This document shows positions 19,338 through 34,740 of a stretch of DNA of 64,000 nt, piece by piece. The stretch lies in NCBI RefSeq assembly GCF_009914755.1, contig NC_060931.1. One strand, written 5' to 3'. Under the pieces are notes generated by a model, which was given only the letters and a program-made list of their open reading frames with translations, made no database searches and was not told the DNA's origin. Within the stretch, counting starts at the first letter, position 1. The number at the start of each line of letters is the position of its first letter. Origin of the DNA: the human T2T-CHM13v2.0 reference genome, Homo sapiens. The position numbers and the translations under genes are program-made.

Positions 19338-19815
19338 GCGTACTGACAGACAGGGTTTGTGTCAGTGTCACTCAGACACTGTTGCAGCTGCCTCCAAATT
19401 AGTCTCTCTGCCTCTGTCTTCTGCCCTCTAATTTTGTGATTCACATCCTTGAGTATACACTGGACTCACCTGGGAGCCTTAAAGAGGACAGATGCCCAAG
19501 TCCCACCCACCTCCCCACCCCCAGTCTGACTCACATGGTCTTGGTAAAGCCTGGGGCAGCTCCTACACCATGGCAGAGCCGTCCCTCAGAGAGCTGGGGT
19601 AAGGGGCTGATCTCCATGAGTTCATGTTGCCCTTGCTAACAGAAGAGCAAGGCCAATTACACAGTTCATGGTTTCCAGAAGATGAAGACCAGCCATAGTT
19701 TCCCAGGAGAAATACAACTGTTGTTGGTTCTACAATCAGGCAGATATTTCTCCCAAGGCAAAAGAATATGTTGAAAATGAGCTTTGGATCATGAAGGAAA
19801 TTGCTTGAAGAAGGT

Positions 19816-20372
19816 TGTATTCATTTCCTATTTTGTTGTGTTACAAATTATCACAAAGTTAGCTCGTGGGTCTATAGGTCAGAAGTCCTGGACAGCATGG
19901 CTGGATTCTCTGCTCAGTCTATTGCAAGGTAAAATACCTGAAATCAATGTCAGCCAGGCTGAGTTCTCATCTGGAAGTTCTGTGGAAAAGCCTACTTTCA
20001 AGCTCATTCTTGTTGTTGGCAGAATTCAGTTCCTTGTGGTTAGGACAGAAGTGCCTGTTTCCTGTTTCCTTGCTGACTCAGCCAGGGGCCAACCTGGGTC
20101 CTTCATGCCGCCCACATTCCTTACCACGTGGTCCCCTCCATCTTCCAGCCTGCAATGGTGTGTCAAACCCTTCTCACCTTGAATCTTTGACTTCCTCTCT
20201 CTCTTTGACCTCTAGGCCCAGATTGAAAGAGTTTGTGTGATTCAGTCAGCCCCTTATAATGTCCCTTTGTTAAAGTCAGCTATCCTGATTCCAGAGTAAT
20301 TCACAGTCCCTGAGCACATACACCACAGAGGCAGGAAATCTTGGGGCCCATCTTAGAATTCTGCCTGCTGCA
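19816..20372 (-). mobile_element. MLT1-family MaLR solo LTR
   Basis: tgtattcatttcct..., ttgttggcagaattcagttccttgtgg, ccatcttagaattctgcct. Confidence 0.8.
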
Positions 20373-22530
20373 AAGGCTCAGAAGGGTCCCCCTAGTCATC
20401 CTGGTATTTGGAGGTTGAAGGTGGAGGAGGAAAGAGAAGAGCCAAGCCATCCCGACTCAGCCCAGAGTTTCTAACTACCCACATGATACAGAAACCCACT
20501 CCCAGGGATGTGCATGAGCCCTGAAGAAGCAGTGCTGCCCCAGCTCAAACAACTTACCCTACATGAGCTGCCAACACTTGCCCCTAGATCCAGCGTGATG
20601 CCAAAGCAATCAGGGAGATGTTCCTGCCCCCCCTGCATGTTTCTGCTGTCTTCTAATTAAACCCTTCCAGAAATTCTGCCCCACCCACTTCCCCACCAGC
20701 TTCAGCTGTGTCACCTATCATCTCAAGTTGTGAGCCCTCATCTCAGGTCCATGGACTCTCAAATCAGCTCAGATGAGGGAGGAATGTGTCCATCAGTTCC
20801 CTCATTTGGGCCAGCTGAAGGGTGTAGAAGCTAACAGAAGCTCACCGCACTGTGCTTTTATTTTTTATTTCACATAAGGACAGGTTTTGTTTACAAAATA
20901 ATTAAAATAGCAGCTTGACATGAATTCCTTAGAAAACAGGATAGAAACATAAGGCCAAGACTACCCACATATTAAGTCAATCCAGATGAGTGTGGCATGC
21001 CAGGCAACGCATTTGTTTTCCTGAGGTGTGTATTTCAAATAGAGTCTGGATGGGCAGAAACATGATCCAGCCATTTAGAAGGTACTGAGGCAGCTTCCAG
21101 AACTGTGTTTTGGTCCCATCTTTTCCTCACAGCAGCTCTTTCTTGTCATGAAACCATCAGCCCTCATTCTCCCACTCCCTTTCCATCTCTCCCCACCACC
21201 AATCCCATTGTTCTCCCTCCCCTCCTCACACAGCCCCCAGCCAGCCCCTTCCCTTGGGCTGGCTTTGAATGGATCGAGGTTATGGAAACGGATTCATCTT
21301 CACTCTTCCTGTTCTACCTTTTTCTAAGTCTTAGAGGATCCAGGTCTTTCTCTGTGGTCTTTATTCACCAAAACTACTACAGTGTTGGTGTCTTTCTGAT
21401 TAAAGGACTCAGGTTCCTCAAGTTTGAAGGAGAAAGTAAGTTTTAAATACTTTTTACAAAGGAAACTTTCCTTCTTGCTTCTGCCTGTATGTTTATCTAA
21501 TTCCATAACCAACTAGAGAAACAGGACCATCCATCTTCAGGTCTTTTACAGACTTGTAGACATGCAGAAAATGCTAACAGCAGCAAGACATTTACATAGG
21601 AAGCCTTTTTAAAGGATATAAATTACCATACTGATAACTCATAGGTGTTAGACACAGACCAATGCTTTTTGTTGGTTTTCAGCTTATGGTATATTTATAA
21701 CTCTTCTAAGCTGGACCAAATGATCTAACAAAGGGCAACAGATTTCTCCTCCACAGTGAATGGAGGGTTCAGGATTCTGGGCTCTGGCCCCGATTTGTCT
21801 GGTGTGACCAGTTATGTGACCTCGTGGGCCCCTTGATTGACTAGCTTATGCTTCACGTTTTTCATCTATAAAGTAAGGAATCAGATATTAGATAATCTGC
21901 TAACATAATTCTTAAGATAGAAGTCAGAGGTTAAAAAACAAATACAATATAAATAACAACATTAGCCTGATTTAGAACATGTATTATGTGACACTTTTAT
22001 ACACATTATGCCATTCCGTTCTCAGGGGAACTCAGTGAGATACGTTTTATTATGATCTCCATTTGATGCAAAAGAAAACTGAGCATTAGAGCAATTGATT
22101 GCCTCACCCTAACACAGACAGAGGAGGAGCTGGCAGAGAAAGGGACATGCTGGCTCCAGCCTGGCTGCCTCTTAACACCATATTGTACACCTGCCTGTGA
22201 CCACCTCCGTAAATGCTCCCAACCATCCATCCACTCCACATCCAGGGAATTCAACATGCATTCCTGAATTATTTATCTCTTTGTAAAGAAGGAATAAAAC
22301 ATGACTTGGTTATTATGCAATACAATAATGGCCAACATCACATTTGTAGGTCAAATGTTCAGGACAAGAACTGCAAATTCAAAAGCTTCCAGGGAGCCAG
22401 GTCATTATCACATGTCATCAGATCTAAAATGCCATGGACTTTCAGACCAACCATTGATTTTCATATTGCCAAGCTAGAAAAACTTCCTAATTTTAATTAC
22501 AAGACTTATGAGTGGTGTACTGCATAATGA

Positions 22531-22896
<366 letters not shown>

Positions 22897-23244
22897 TGAT
22901 GAGTTTGAACCAGGTAAGAATGATTGGCCTACAGAGGGTGGGATGATGACCCCTTCACAGGCCGAGGGGACAGCTGGCTGGGTAATGGTCATCCAGACAA
23001 GAAAGGAGTGGGGCCTGGACCAAGGTGCCAGTGATGGGGATGCAAAGAAGCAGGTCATTGTTTCTAGTGGAAGATGCAGGCCCAAGCCCTGAAAACAAAA
23101 GCCTGTGTGGCCAAGGGGTCGCCAGAATCTAATTCTCACGCAAGTCAGGGAAAGACAGTTTTGAGGGTAGGTGAGGTTTAGTTAGAGACAACTTTAAGAT
23201 GTCTATCTTTCCATTACCATTTAAGAGATGTAGACCCTTGAGAG

Positions 23245-23437
23245 TGGTGTTTCTCAAAGTGTGGTCCCTCCACCGCCAGCGTCAGCGTCACCTGGGAACT
23301 TGTTAGCAATTCAGACTGCTGGAGCCGTCCCCAGACTTACAAAATCAGTCCTTCTGGGGGTGGGCCCAGCAATGTGTGTTTTATCAAGCCCTGTAGGCGA
23401 TTCTGATGCATGCTAAAGTTGGAGAACCTCTGCACTA
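23245..23437. mobile_element. MER5A hAT-Charlie MITE
   Basis: tttctcaaagtgtggtccc ... gctaaagttggagaacctctg. Confidence 0.85.
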
Positions 23438-23528
23438 GAGCAGATGCCACTCAATTATTTTTTAGGACTCAGTACAATGTATGTCCTCACTTTTAGAACA
23501 GTCTGCACTACACAAGAAGCTATGTTAG

Positions 23529-23958
<430 letters not shown>

Positions 23959-24285
23959 CCCCTCATTATTTTTAGTAAGCTAAAAGCAGCAGATCTTTGC
24001 CTGAAGGAGATGTATTCCTGGTGCTAAAATCTTGCAGGCCTGTGTGGTCAAAAGCAATCAGAGTAAAGAAAATCATTCCTAATTAACTCATTATTTCCAA
24101 TTCGCACCATGAAAGCTATAGGATAAATGCCTCATTTTTCCAACCCCTCTCTTTTTCCTCGTAGTGATTAGCGTAAGAGCCCTGAAATTGAGGACCCTGT
24201 GCCTTGTCTTCAAGGTGGTAAAGAAAGCAGGAGCTGTGCAGACTGGAAGCTGGCTTGGTGATGGTGGCATCAGAAAGCAAAGGGA

Positions 24286-24587
24286 GGCCACGCATGGTGG
24301 CTCATGCCTGGAATCTCAGCACATGGGAGACCAAAGCAAGAGGATCACTGGAGCCCAGAAATTCCAGACCAGCCTGGGCAACATAGTGAGATCCCGTTCC
24401 TACAAAAAAATTTTTTTAATTTGCCAGGCATGGTGGTGCACATCTGTAGTCCCAGCTACCCAGGAGTCTGAGGTGGGAGGACCACTTGAGTCTAGGAAGT
24501 CAAAGCTGCAGTGAGCTATGATGGTGCTACTGCATCCAGCCTGGGTGGCACAGCAAGCAACTCTTAAAAAAAAAAAAAAAAAAAAAC
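24286..24587 (+). mobile_element. AluJ
   Basis: Diverged full Alu with A tail. Confidence 0.92.
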
Positions 24588-24774
24588 AGCAGAGTTGTGG
24601 AGGCAGAATATGAACAAAATATGAGCAAAAGAGATGCAAGCAGCCAGGCTAGATCTGAGGAAATGACCCCAGGGGGTTAACAGACTCTATGGAGTTGGGG
24701 TAGTGAGTTCTGAAACTCTTGTTTTAAGTCTTTCAGACCAAATATTGATTCATCTCAAGTGAATTTTGTGAAGT

Positions 24775-25434
24775 TGTGGCAGGCCAGGTCTCACTAACAC
24801 AGGCCTCCGTTACAACTGTCCCAGCACTGACTGAGGAGCTAGGTTAAACATTAAAAGCTGATTGAGCCAGTGCCCTTATACAATGGCTGGAATGTAACAA
24901 AGAGCCCACCAAGAGTTTTGCCTAGGCTTTTCCTGGGCCTTGAAGCATGACAAGATAAGGAGGGAATTCTTAACAGGACCCTTTTAGAATTAAACAAGTT
25001 TTATTGGGGGTCTGAAAAAACTCCCCAGGCCTCCACAAACAAGTTTATTGGGGTCTAAAGGAACTCCCCAAACCTTTAGAATTTGGCAGGAGACAAGATA
25101 AGGGTAATCATCCTAGCACCTAGACCCATTTAAATTAAATAAACTTACTGAGGCTCCAGAAGAAGGTCTTCAGGACTCAGACCTTAGTCATAGATTAAAA
25201 GAAGTTAATCACTTACATCTTTAGGTGAATGCACACTTACACGTAGACATATAGCTTAGAAGGTATGTAAGTTCTGGAAAACTTTGTAATTTTGAGTTGG
25301 TCTGGTGATAATCTCTATATCTTCTCCCTGTAGCTGGTTATAGAAATGAAAACTCTCTTCCTCCCCAGTTCATCTGTATCTCATTATTGGGCCACGAGAA
25401 ATAGCAGCCTGACCCTCAGTTTGGTCCGGGAACA
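24775..25434 (+). mobile_element. ERV1-class solo LTR (660 bp; family not assigned)
   Basis: TG...CA termini (tgtggcaggcc...gggaaca) with a perfect 4-bp TSD aagt. Confidence 0.85.
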
Positions 25435-28397
25435 AAGTCATTGAATTGTTCTTAGCTCAGCTTTCACATTTGTAAGCAGGAGTAGGAGTGAATGATACCT
25501 AATTCTTAAACAGTTAAAATAGTGCGTATGGAAGAACTGGCTCTGTGCCACTCACCTGTGTTGCTTTCCCCACCCCCTTTGTTGGGCCTTCTTAGTCTTT
25601 ATCTCAAGTGTCCCTGAGGTTGGGGAGATTTCCTTGGGATTCAGTTGGCTTATGTTTCTTTTGTTTAGGCCCCTAAAGTTGGCTTTGCCCTTTCAGTTTA
25701 CAGGTCTTTCTGTTGGAGAACTTGAAATGTGCTGCCTCCAACAGCAAGCAGTTAGAATGACAGTCATATAATGAGGGTCTAATGAGGGAAATGCACTCAG
25801 CAGTGCTCTGTAAACGTGGGTAAGGTGTGTTTACTTATCTACCATTTACTTGTTTGAACATCTCAGAGATTTGGAGGTGGAAAAGGAACTTGGGCCTTTG
25901 GTTGGTTTGCTTTTTAGTTTTGTTTCTTGCTCTTTTAAGGTGGCTTTGAGGCCTATCTGATTATTTAATAGACTTTGTCTTGGAGGTAAAAGATACTGAA
26001 CTTTAGAGGAATCCCTAGATCTCTGATGCAAAGTGGAACTCGTAATTCCCTACTTTCAGCTGCCAATACACCACAGCTTACATATTATGATAATGTAATG
26101 ATATTTTCACCACATTTTTAGGTTCCATTATTATTATGGAGCCTTATACTTTTCATTTATAGGCAAATCAAAGTTTTCTGGGCCAGATGAATAAGACTCA
26201 GTGACATAATGAATTTTAATCTCTGCCTCATTGTCAATTTAATTGTTCTATAACTAAAACAAACCTTGTCAGCATGTTTAGGGGAAATAATTCTGTAATT
26301 ATTTGAGAATAATCGTGGGTATGTAAATGGAGTTATCACATCAGAATTGAGCATAATGTGGCCACACTCCTATTGGAAATGCCATATGCACTAAAGGGAG
26401 CAGCTCCAGCTTTTACCCAAAGGAAGTAAACCCAGGTCTGGGCCATTCCAAGAGGCAGCTTAGAAAGTTCTTCGAAATCTCCTGCTTTACCTTCCAAATA
26501 CATGCTCATTTGGCATTCAGCTTTAGGTTTCTTCATATTTGTTTTTAAAATAAAGACAATTTAACCCAAAATTTTGGGTAAAATGATGTTCCCAGGCAGG
26601 CACCCTTGCCCTTGGGCATAGCTGCTTACCTCTGGGAACAGAAGGGGCCTGTATGAGAAGCCCTGATGTCTTGGGAGGCTGGAAGACCTGGGATATAGGT
26701 CAGCACACATATATGACTGTGTGATTAGATGCTGCTGTGTATTTTTAGCAAACCACCTCATCTTTCATGCAGTGATACTGTGCAAAGAAAGGGTAAAATT
26801 TGAATAACATGCTGGAGACTAAAGGCCGAGGGAGCCCTGTCAACTGAGCTATAGTCTCCGGACTGCTGAAACAGAAGATCCCCTGCCAGGGTGAAAAGAG
26901 CTGATCTTCACACTCTTTTGCTGAATTGCAGTTTTAGGGGTGTGCAACAGTGGTGTGAATTCATATTTACAACTTTTCAAAAGGCAATTGTAGAGAGAAA
27001 ATGAGAATGAGAGTAGGAGAGAAAGACATCTGAATTAACCTCAAAGCTCTTAATTTAACTCCAAGAGCTTCTCAATACCCTGCAGAATCTTCTACACCCC
27101 ACAACAGATTCAGTTTGGAATCTGTTAAACCATTTGCCAAGTATGCTCTGTTGTGGAAACATTTGGGTGCAAGACACACACAGTGAAACTGCCAGAGCTT
27201 CAACAGAGAGAGGGGGGGCAACAGGACCCAGCACCAAGCAGTTAGAATGGTAGTCAGGCATCAGACAAGCCACAGAGCAAAGGGAGCTTGTCAGCCCTGA
27301 GAAGACCAGCCATGTCCCTGGCAGGCCTGCAGCCTCAGGTTGCTCCAGGGTGAAACTATTTGGGCTGAGTCTTCACATCATTTTCACAGTCAATAAACTG
27401 TAAAGAGTCTGTCTGTGAGTATAGCATATTTCTCAACGTCAAACATGCTTCTGCAACACATCTCGAGTGAGAAGTCAGGTTGTCAAACCTTCCTAAGACT
27501 GGGCAAACATTTTTACTTCGTGGAAAATGTTTATTATGGCTACCATTCCCTCCATTTTTGTATCATCAGTGTGGTGCTTAGATGACTTTGTAAATGATGT
27601 TAGTGAAAAGCCAAGAATTTAGGTGGGATTTTATGGAGACTTAAATGATGTGTCTCCTCACTGAGCTTAGTAGCTTTTGGAAAACATACTCTTTTTTCTT
27701 CTTCTTTTTTTTTTTTTCATCTACAGACCTGTTTTTGATGCAATAAAGATGAAGAGGCTTCTTTGTAAATACTATGAATGCCAGCAGAGGAGTATTTAAA
27801 TATGAAGAACCAAAATATGTATGCTTTAAAAAGGAAGGAATAAATGTACCATCCTTTGTTATCATTGCATGTTTGAGCTCATTTCAGCTTAGCATGAAAT
27901 ACGCCATTTAATCCTATACTTTTAAAAAATATACATTGGAATGCACATACTCTAGACTTACGATTCTATAAACTATAATTATTAAAATTATAGTTTCTAT
28001 TGTTCCCCCAAAGAACTTTTATTCTTAGAAAGACACAAATTTGGGGTGGACATTTTTAAATTAGAATTAGGAGCCAGAGGCTTTAGCCATTGATTGTTAA
28101 TTGTCCTGGTGGTGCAGTATAGCACTGTGAGGAGGGGTGGTCAGCATGTGGAGGTCTCCCACGGCCATGTCCAGGCACAGGCTTGCAAGAGAAGAAAAGT
28201 CCACAACACTAAGGAATTTGGAAGCCCTGATTATGCCATGAGGACTGGCCACCTTCAGAGTTAAGAAAAGCATGGTCTAGCCTGAGGATGTGGTCTCTGA
28301 ACTGATGGCTGATCTCCATTTCTTGGTGTCAGCCATTGATGGGAATAACAGACAGAAAGGAGGAGGGAGAAGGCCCTCTGATGTGAAGAAGGCTAAT

Positions 28398-29480
28398 TGT
28401 TGTCAAAATGCCAGGGATTTATTCTAGGTCCCATTGCTCCATGCATAGAAAGCCAATCACTGAGACAATGAGTATTGCCAGGAAAGAAGGCTTTTTATTT
28501 GGGTGATGTTAACTGGGAGAATAAGAGTTAAGTTTCAAATCCATCTCCTTGAGCAACTAAAATTGGGGTTTATATATCAGGGAAGGAATGTAAAACAGGA
28601 ACAAAGGAGGAGTCTAAGGAACTAAGGAAGATGAATAAGGGGTATGGCATCCAATGGTCTAGATCTGGGCATCTGGTGAGTTTCAGTCCCTCACCTGAGA
28701 GTCAGTTTCCTGAGGAAGGAATTCCAATGAGACTGTAACTGCCCAAAGGGTTCACCTTGCCCACTGTCTAGACAGAGCCGATTCATCAAGACAGGGGAAT
28801 TGCAATAGAGAAAGAGTAATTCATGCAGAGCCGGCTGTGCTGTGCGGGAGACCGGAGTTTATTATTACTCAAATCCATCCCCCGGAGCATTCAGGGGACA
28901 GAGTTTTTAACGATAACTTGGTGGGGCAGGGTGGAGTAGTGGGTTGGAGGGGGTGGAAGCTAGTGAGCCAGGAATGCTGACTGGTCAGAGATGAAATCAT
29001 AGGGAGTCGGAGCTGTCTTCTTGCAGTGAGTCAGTTCCTGGGTGGGGGCCACAAAATCAGACTAGCCAGTTTGTTGATCTTGGTGGTGCCAGCTGATCCA
29101 TCAAGTGCAGGGTCTATGAAATATCTCAAACACTGATCTCAGGAGCAATTTAGGGAGGGCCAGAATCTTGTAGCCTCCAGCTGCATGACTCCTAAACCAT
29201 AATTTCTAATCTTGCAGCTAACGTTAGTCCTACAAAGACAATCTAGTCTCCAGGCAAGAAGGAGATCTGCTTTGGGAAAGGGCTTTTACTGTCTTTGTTT
29301 AAACTGTAAACTACAAACTAAGTTTCTCCTAAAGTTAGTTCAGCCTATGCCCAGGAATGAACAAGGACAGCTTGGAGGTTAGAAGCAAGATGGAGTCAGT
29401 TAAGTTAGATCCCTTTCACTGTCTCAGCCATAATTTTGCAAAGGCAGCTTTAAGACAAATGTAAGTTTCAAGTTTTCATA
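28398..29480. mobile_element. Older ERV1-type LTR interrupted by LTR8
   Basis: LTR-like sequence (gaaagccaatcactgagacaatgagtattgccagg) continues on both sides of the LTR8; approximate ends. Confidence 0.6.
28734..29452 (-). mobile_element. LTR8-family solo LTR
   Basis: Reverse complement begins taaagctgcctttgcaaaattatggctgagacagtgaaag (recalled LTR8 5' end); 4-bp TSD agac. Confidence 0.88.
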
Positions 29481-30842
29481 ACACCTCAGGACCTATGAGA
29501 GTTTTGACTCACCAATCCTGGCCATGTTTTACTCTGATTCTTATCAAATGAGACTCTAAGGGACAGACATGTGTCAAAGAATTTGACAATCTCTTATCTG
29601 GCCTGGTGCCGAGCCCCATTCCATATGTCACTCCACTGGTTGGCTCCCTCTGCTGAACAGCCCAGGATCCCTGAGATGCACATCACATTTGGGCTTCAGG
29701 GCAGTCATACCAAGATTTGTCTACAAGCAGCAGCCAAGCTCACAGGGTCACCAGGGGCACCTGCTTCAGTGTGAAAAGATGAATAATAATCCCTTTGTAC
29801 TCCCCTTGCCTGAAGCTGTGAGCCCTGTGAGGCCCAGTCATTACTCCCAGTCTCATATCAGGCAGGTTGATGTGAATATCCAATCACAACCTATACAGCA
29901 TCAAGAATACTAAGAGAAGAAAGAAAAAGACTGAACCCACACAATCTACAAATAGTGAGACTCTGAACAAGAGATTATGGATATTTTCATTTTTCTCTTC
30001 CTAGTACAGATTACCTTCTAAAAAATGGACACTGTGGATTTGCTTAATACCCAGAGTTTTAAAATTATTTTCTGCAAACATACAACACATGCAAAGGCAA
30101 ATAGGAAGAGTCATTCTGCCTTCAAATACTCAAAATCATTTCTGAATAAAACCTTCCTAGAAGAGAATGGAAGCAAAAACCCTAGCTATTTTGATTAACC
30201 TATTACTAAATATTGAGCAATGATGAAAAACAAAACATTTTAGCAACATTGTTTTCAAATACCTACTAGATTCTAGATAATCCATGTAACAATTGTGTTC
30301 TGAAATTTCCGAGGAAGGCAATTGATTAATTAAGAGAGACCTCAGAAGAGCTCCTTAATGCCTTGTTCAGGCTCCTCTCCAGCAGTTTCCTGGAAATCCC
30401 TAAATAATAATAAGTGGAGATGCAGCAGTTCAACACTCTACTTTGCTAAATGGAAATACATTATAATTACAATAGTAAACGTCTATTGACCTATCATTCT
30501 AGTGCCTTAGGCCCTGCTTTAATAAATACTTTTTGCAAATTTGAATGTGAAAAGACATGGTTTGCATAAGTAGTTACAAAGGGTCTTTTCTATTACAGTA
30601 ATTGTGTTTGTTGATTTCCATTTTCCTGAAAAGTACCCATCACCCCCACTAGCAGATCCTCTACTACTGGGAAAAACATTAGGTTGCTAGAAAGTTGTTT
30701 TAATCAATAGTTGCCCAGTGAAATCACTGTCTTCGTTGCCTGTAGCTGGTAAAATCACTGTGAATAACCATGCTTGTGTTGAAGTGTGAATATCCATTTC
30801 AGTGCTTGTTTTGTTTGTCTCCCATTTTCCTTCTTTTTACAG

Positions 30843-30918
30843 ATTTTTAAAAGCATTGGTGCTGATGAGACCGTCCAAGGACAAGGAAGTCGGAGGCTGA
30901 TCAGCTTCTCTCTCTCAG
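30843..30918 (+). CDS. HECW1: HECW1 internal coding exon (76 nt, phase 0 to phase 1), encodes IFKSIGADETVQGQGSRRLISFSLS+G
   Basis: Strong polypyrimidine tract ending ...ttctttttacAG (30841-42) and donor CAG|gtatgt. Open frame that splices in phase to the next exon. Peptide matches the recalled HECW1 sequence just before and into the C2 domain. Confidence 0.95.
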
Positions 30919-31438
30919 GTATGTTTTGCTCACCTGAGACTTTGTGGAGAGACTAAGAATGTCAACCAAGAGTGAAGACACTCACTTCCATTTCACTCTT
31001 ACCTACAAGTCAGTCAACCTCTCTGTGCCTCAATTTCTCAATCTGTAAAGCAAAAATGTTTTTTAAATCTGTTCAATTTCCCTTGACCACATAAGGATAA
31101 TAGAGAGTTTAGGAAGTAATAGATGTGAAAGCATGTTGAGATGATGGAAAGGGAGGCTGCAGTTCTACCTTTCCCCCAGGTCCATGTAGCAGTAGTTGAG
31201 CATATACAAGGGGAAGTAAGGAAAACCTGGGAAGAGAAGCAGCTATTCAACTCTTTGTCTAAACAAAACTTCACATGGGGCACAACTGGCAAAACAGATA
31301 ACTGAGCCACTCAAAAATGCTCATTCATGGAAAAAAAATCAGTGGAATCCAATTAAGTCTGTTAACTAATAATATTTTAGTTTAATATTTAAGAGTAAGT
31401 TAACGTTTTAGTTTTCATGAATGTACCATGGTTCCATC

Positions 31439-31892
31439 TGTCATGCATGTCTGTGTGAAGAGAGTCCACCAACAGGCTTTGTGTGAGTAACATGGCTGTT
31501 TATTTCACCTGAGTGCAGGTGGGCTGAGTACGAAAAGAGAGTCAGCAAAGGGTGGTGGGATTATCATTAGTTCTTATAGGTTTGGGATAGGAGGTGGAGT
31601 TAGGAGCAATTTTTTGTGGGCAGCGGGTGGATCTCACCAAGTACATTTCAAGGGTGGGGAGAATATTACAAAGTACCTTCTTAAGGGTGGGGGAGTATCA
31701 CAAAATACATTATTGCAAGGGTGGGGAGGGTGTATTGTCATAAGGTCAATTGATCAGTTAGAGTGGGGCAGGAACAGATCACAGTGGTGGAATGTCATCT
31801 TTTGTGGTTCTTCAGTTGCTTCAGCTCATCTGGATGTATATGTGCAGGTCACAGGGCATATGATGGCTTAGCTTGGGCTCAGATGCCTGACA
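31439..31892 (-). mobile_element. LTR7-family (HERV-H) solo LTR, antisense to HECW1
   Basis: Reverse complement begins tgtcaggcatctgagcccaagctaagccatcatat (LTR7 5' end); 454 bp; 5-bp TSD ccatc/acatc. Confidence 0.92.
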
Positions 31893-32002
31893 ACATCATA
31901 TGTTAATAATGGGACAAACTGGGCAAAGGTTATGTGGGAAATCTTTGTATTATCTTTGGAACTCTTCTGTAAACCCAGAATTATATAAAAATTAAAAGTT
32001 TA

Positions 32003-32380
<378 letters not shown>

Positions 32381-32667
32381 TCAATCCCACCCTAAACAGT
32401 CTTTAAGGGGACACAGCGGCATAAAGCCTGAGGACTCTGTTGAGCACAGTTGGAAAACTACTACCTTAGCTTGTTAAATCAACAGATGTTGCAGGCCATG
32501 AATGCCAGAGGTCACAGGCATGAAGTACATGTGCCTCCTTGGGAGCTACACTGTTAACTGGGCTTTTCAAGTCTAAGTGAGCCCAGTAAAGCAAATATGT
32601 TTTGATCCATTGACAGTGTTAGCATGTGTATATCTAGGCTGAAGAAAAAAAAAAAGAAGAAAAAACT

Positions 32668-33388
32668 TGTAACCACCCAATGTGTTCACCTTGCCCACTG
32701 CCTAGACAGAGCCGATTTATCAAGAGAGGGGAATTGCAGTAGAGAAAGAGTAATTCACACAGAACTGTCTGTGCAGGAGACCAGAGTTTTAGTATCACTC
32801 AAATCAGTCTCCCCGAGAATTTGGCCATCAGAATTTTTAAGGATAGTTTGGTGAGTAGGGGCCAGTTAGTCAGGAGTGCTGATTGGTTGGGTTGAAGATG
32901 AAATCATAAGGAGTTGAAGCTGTCCTCCTATGCTGAGTCAGTTCCTGGGTGGGGGTCACAAGATCAGATGAGCCAGTTTAGCCACCTGGGTGGTGCCAGC
33001 TGATCCATCAAGTACAGCATCTGCAAAATATCTCAAGCACTAATCTTAGGTTTTACAATACTGACATTATCTCCAGGAGCAATTTGGGGGTAGTCAGAAT
33101 CTTGCAGCCTCCAGCTATATGACTCCTAAATCATAATTTATAATCTTTTGACTAATTTGTTAGTCCTACAAATGCAGTCTAGTCTCCAGGCAAGAAGGGG
33201 GTTTGTTTCAGGAAAGAGCTGCTGTTGTCTTTGTTTCAAAGGTAAACCATAAACTAAGTTCCTCCCAAAGTTAGTTGCGCCTGTTCCCAGGAATGAACAA
33301 AGACAGCTTATAGGTTAGACGCAAGATGGAGTTGGTTAGGTCAGATTTCTTTCACTGTCTCAGTTATAATTTTGCAGTGGTGGTTTCA
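32668..33388 (-). mobile_element. LTR8-family (LTR8A-like) solo LTR
   Basis: Homologous over its full length to 28734-29452; tgtaacc...ggtttca termini. Confidence 0.88.
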
Positions 33389-33982
33389 ACTCACTAATTT
33401 TGTACTTCTAAGGCAAAAGCTAGCAACTCCTATTGAAATGCTTAAGAAATAACAATGATTAATACCAACCTTCAAAAACAGTAGAAACCAGGAATACTGC
33501 ACAACTATGTGCCAGAAACCAAGAGGAATTGTCACTAACCAAAGGTCCAGTGAAGTCCAAGTCCTGAAGCCCAAGAGGAATGCCATGCATGGTGAGCAGG
33601 GCAGGACTGGGGAGGGGACAGTCTCTATTCCTTTATCTCTGCTTTGCCTCTGCCATGAAGACATGGGCTCACAGACCTACCAGAGGAGGAAGCCCCACCA
33701 CCACCCCAACTTGGTTCACAAAGCTACTTTATAAGGTGATCAGGGTTGGTTCATCTCCTGCAGTCCCCAAACACATCATTTTTCTTACATTTATTCCAAG
33801 ACAACCATTCCCAGCAAAGGAAAGTGACTAGGAATATAAAGTTAGTAGCTAGCGGAGCAAGCTTGGAATGGTCATGGACATATAATGCTCAGTAGTTGGC
33901 TATGTATATGTATGTTGCATTCACTATGTCTGCCTAGGACAAAAAGCAAATACTGTTGAAACTATCAAAATAAATTCCATGC

Positions 33983-34285
33983 AGCCAGGCATGGTGGCTC
34001 ATACCTATAATCCCAGCACTTTGGGAGGCCAAGGCAGAAGGATTGCTTGAGCCCAGGAGTTTGAGACCACCTGGGTAATATAACAAGATCCCATTGCTAC
34101 AAAAAGTAAAAAAAGTTAGCCAGCCATGGTGGCATGTACCTATAGTCCCAGCTACTCAGGAAGCTGGGGCAGGAGGATCACTTGAGCCCAGGGGTTAGAG
34201 GCTACAGTGAGCTCTAACTGTGCAACTGTACTCCAGGCTGGGCAACAGAGCAAGACCCTGCTTCAAAAGACTAAAATAAAATAAA
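33983..34285 (+). mobile_element. AluJ
   Basis: TSD aaaataaattccatgc. Confidence 0.93.
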
Positions 34286-34740
34286 AATAAATTCCATGCC
34301 TCAAAAAAAGACAAGACAGAAAGATCAGCAAAGCCCACAAAATATCAAAAATTTGCTCCATGCTGGTCAGCTCTGAGTATAAGAGCAGAGCTAAGGATTC
34401 CAGCAACAACCAGTTGGACAACCAAACTCACTAAAGATGGACAAACGCCGGGACTACATGACATGCTCGTAGGTAAACAACAGAAATTTTGACTTGAACA
34501 ATGTGTGGAGAAAATACTCTACCCTATTAAAAAGTCGAAGACTATAATACTCAAGAGAAAAAGAAACTATTCTATTGACAGATACCTACTAAAGAGAAGT
34601 AAAATATTTATCACTCATCTGCTTGTACCCTCAACAAAATAGAGGGAAGTGCAGAGCATATTAAATAAGAGATCAAAGATGAGAAAAGATGATAAGGGAG
34701 TTTTTTAAAGCTTGCAAAAATAGAAACTTAGAAAGTCAAG

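Noticed and set aside
19091-19444. GEGR-rich and PSP-rich ORFs
   Set aside because: Artefacts of translating the pyrimidine repeat.
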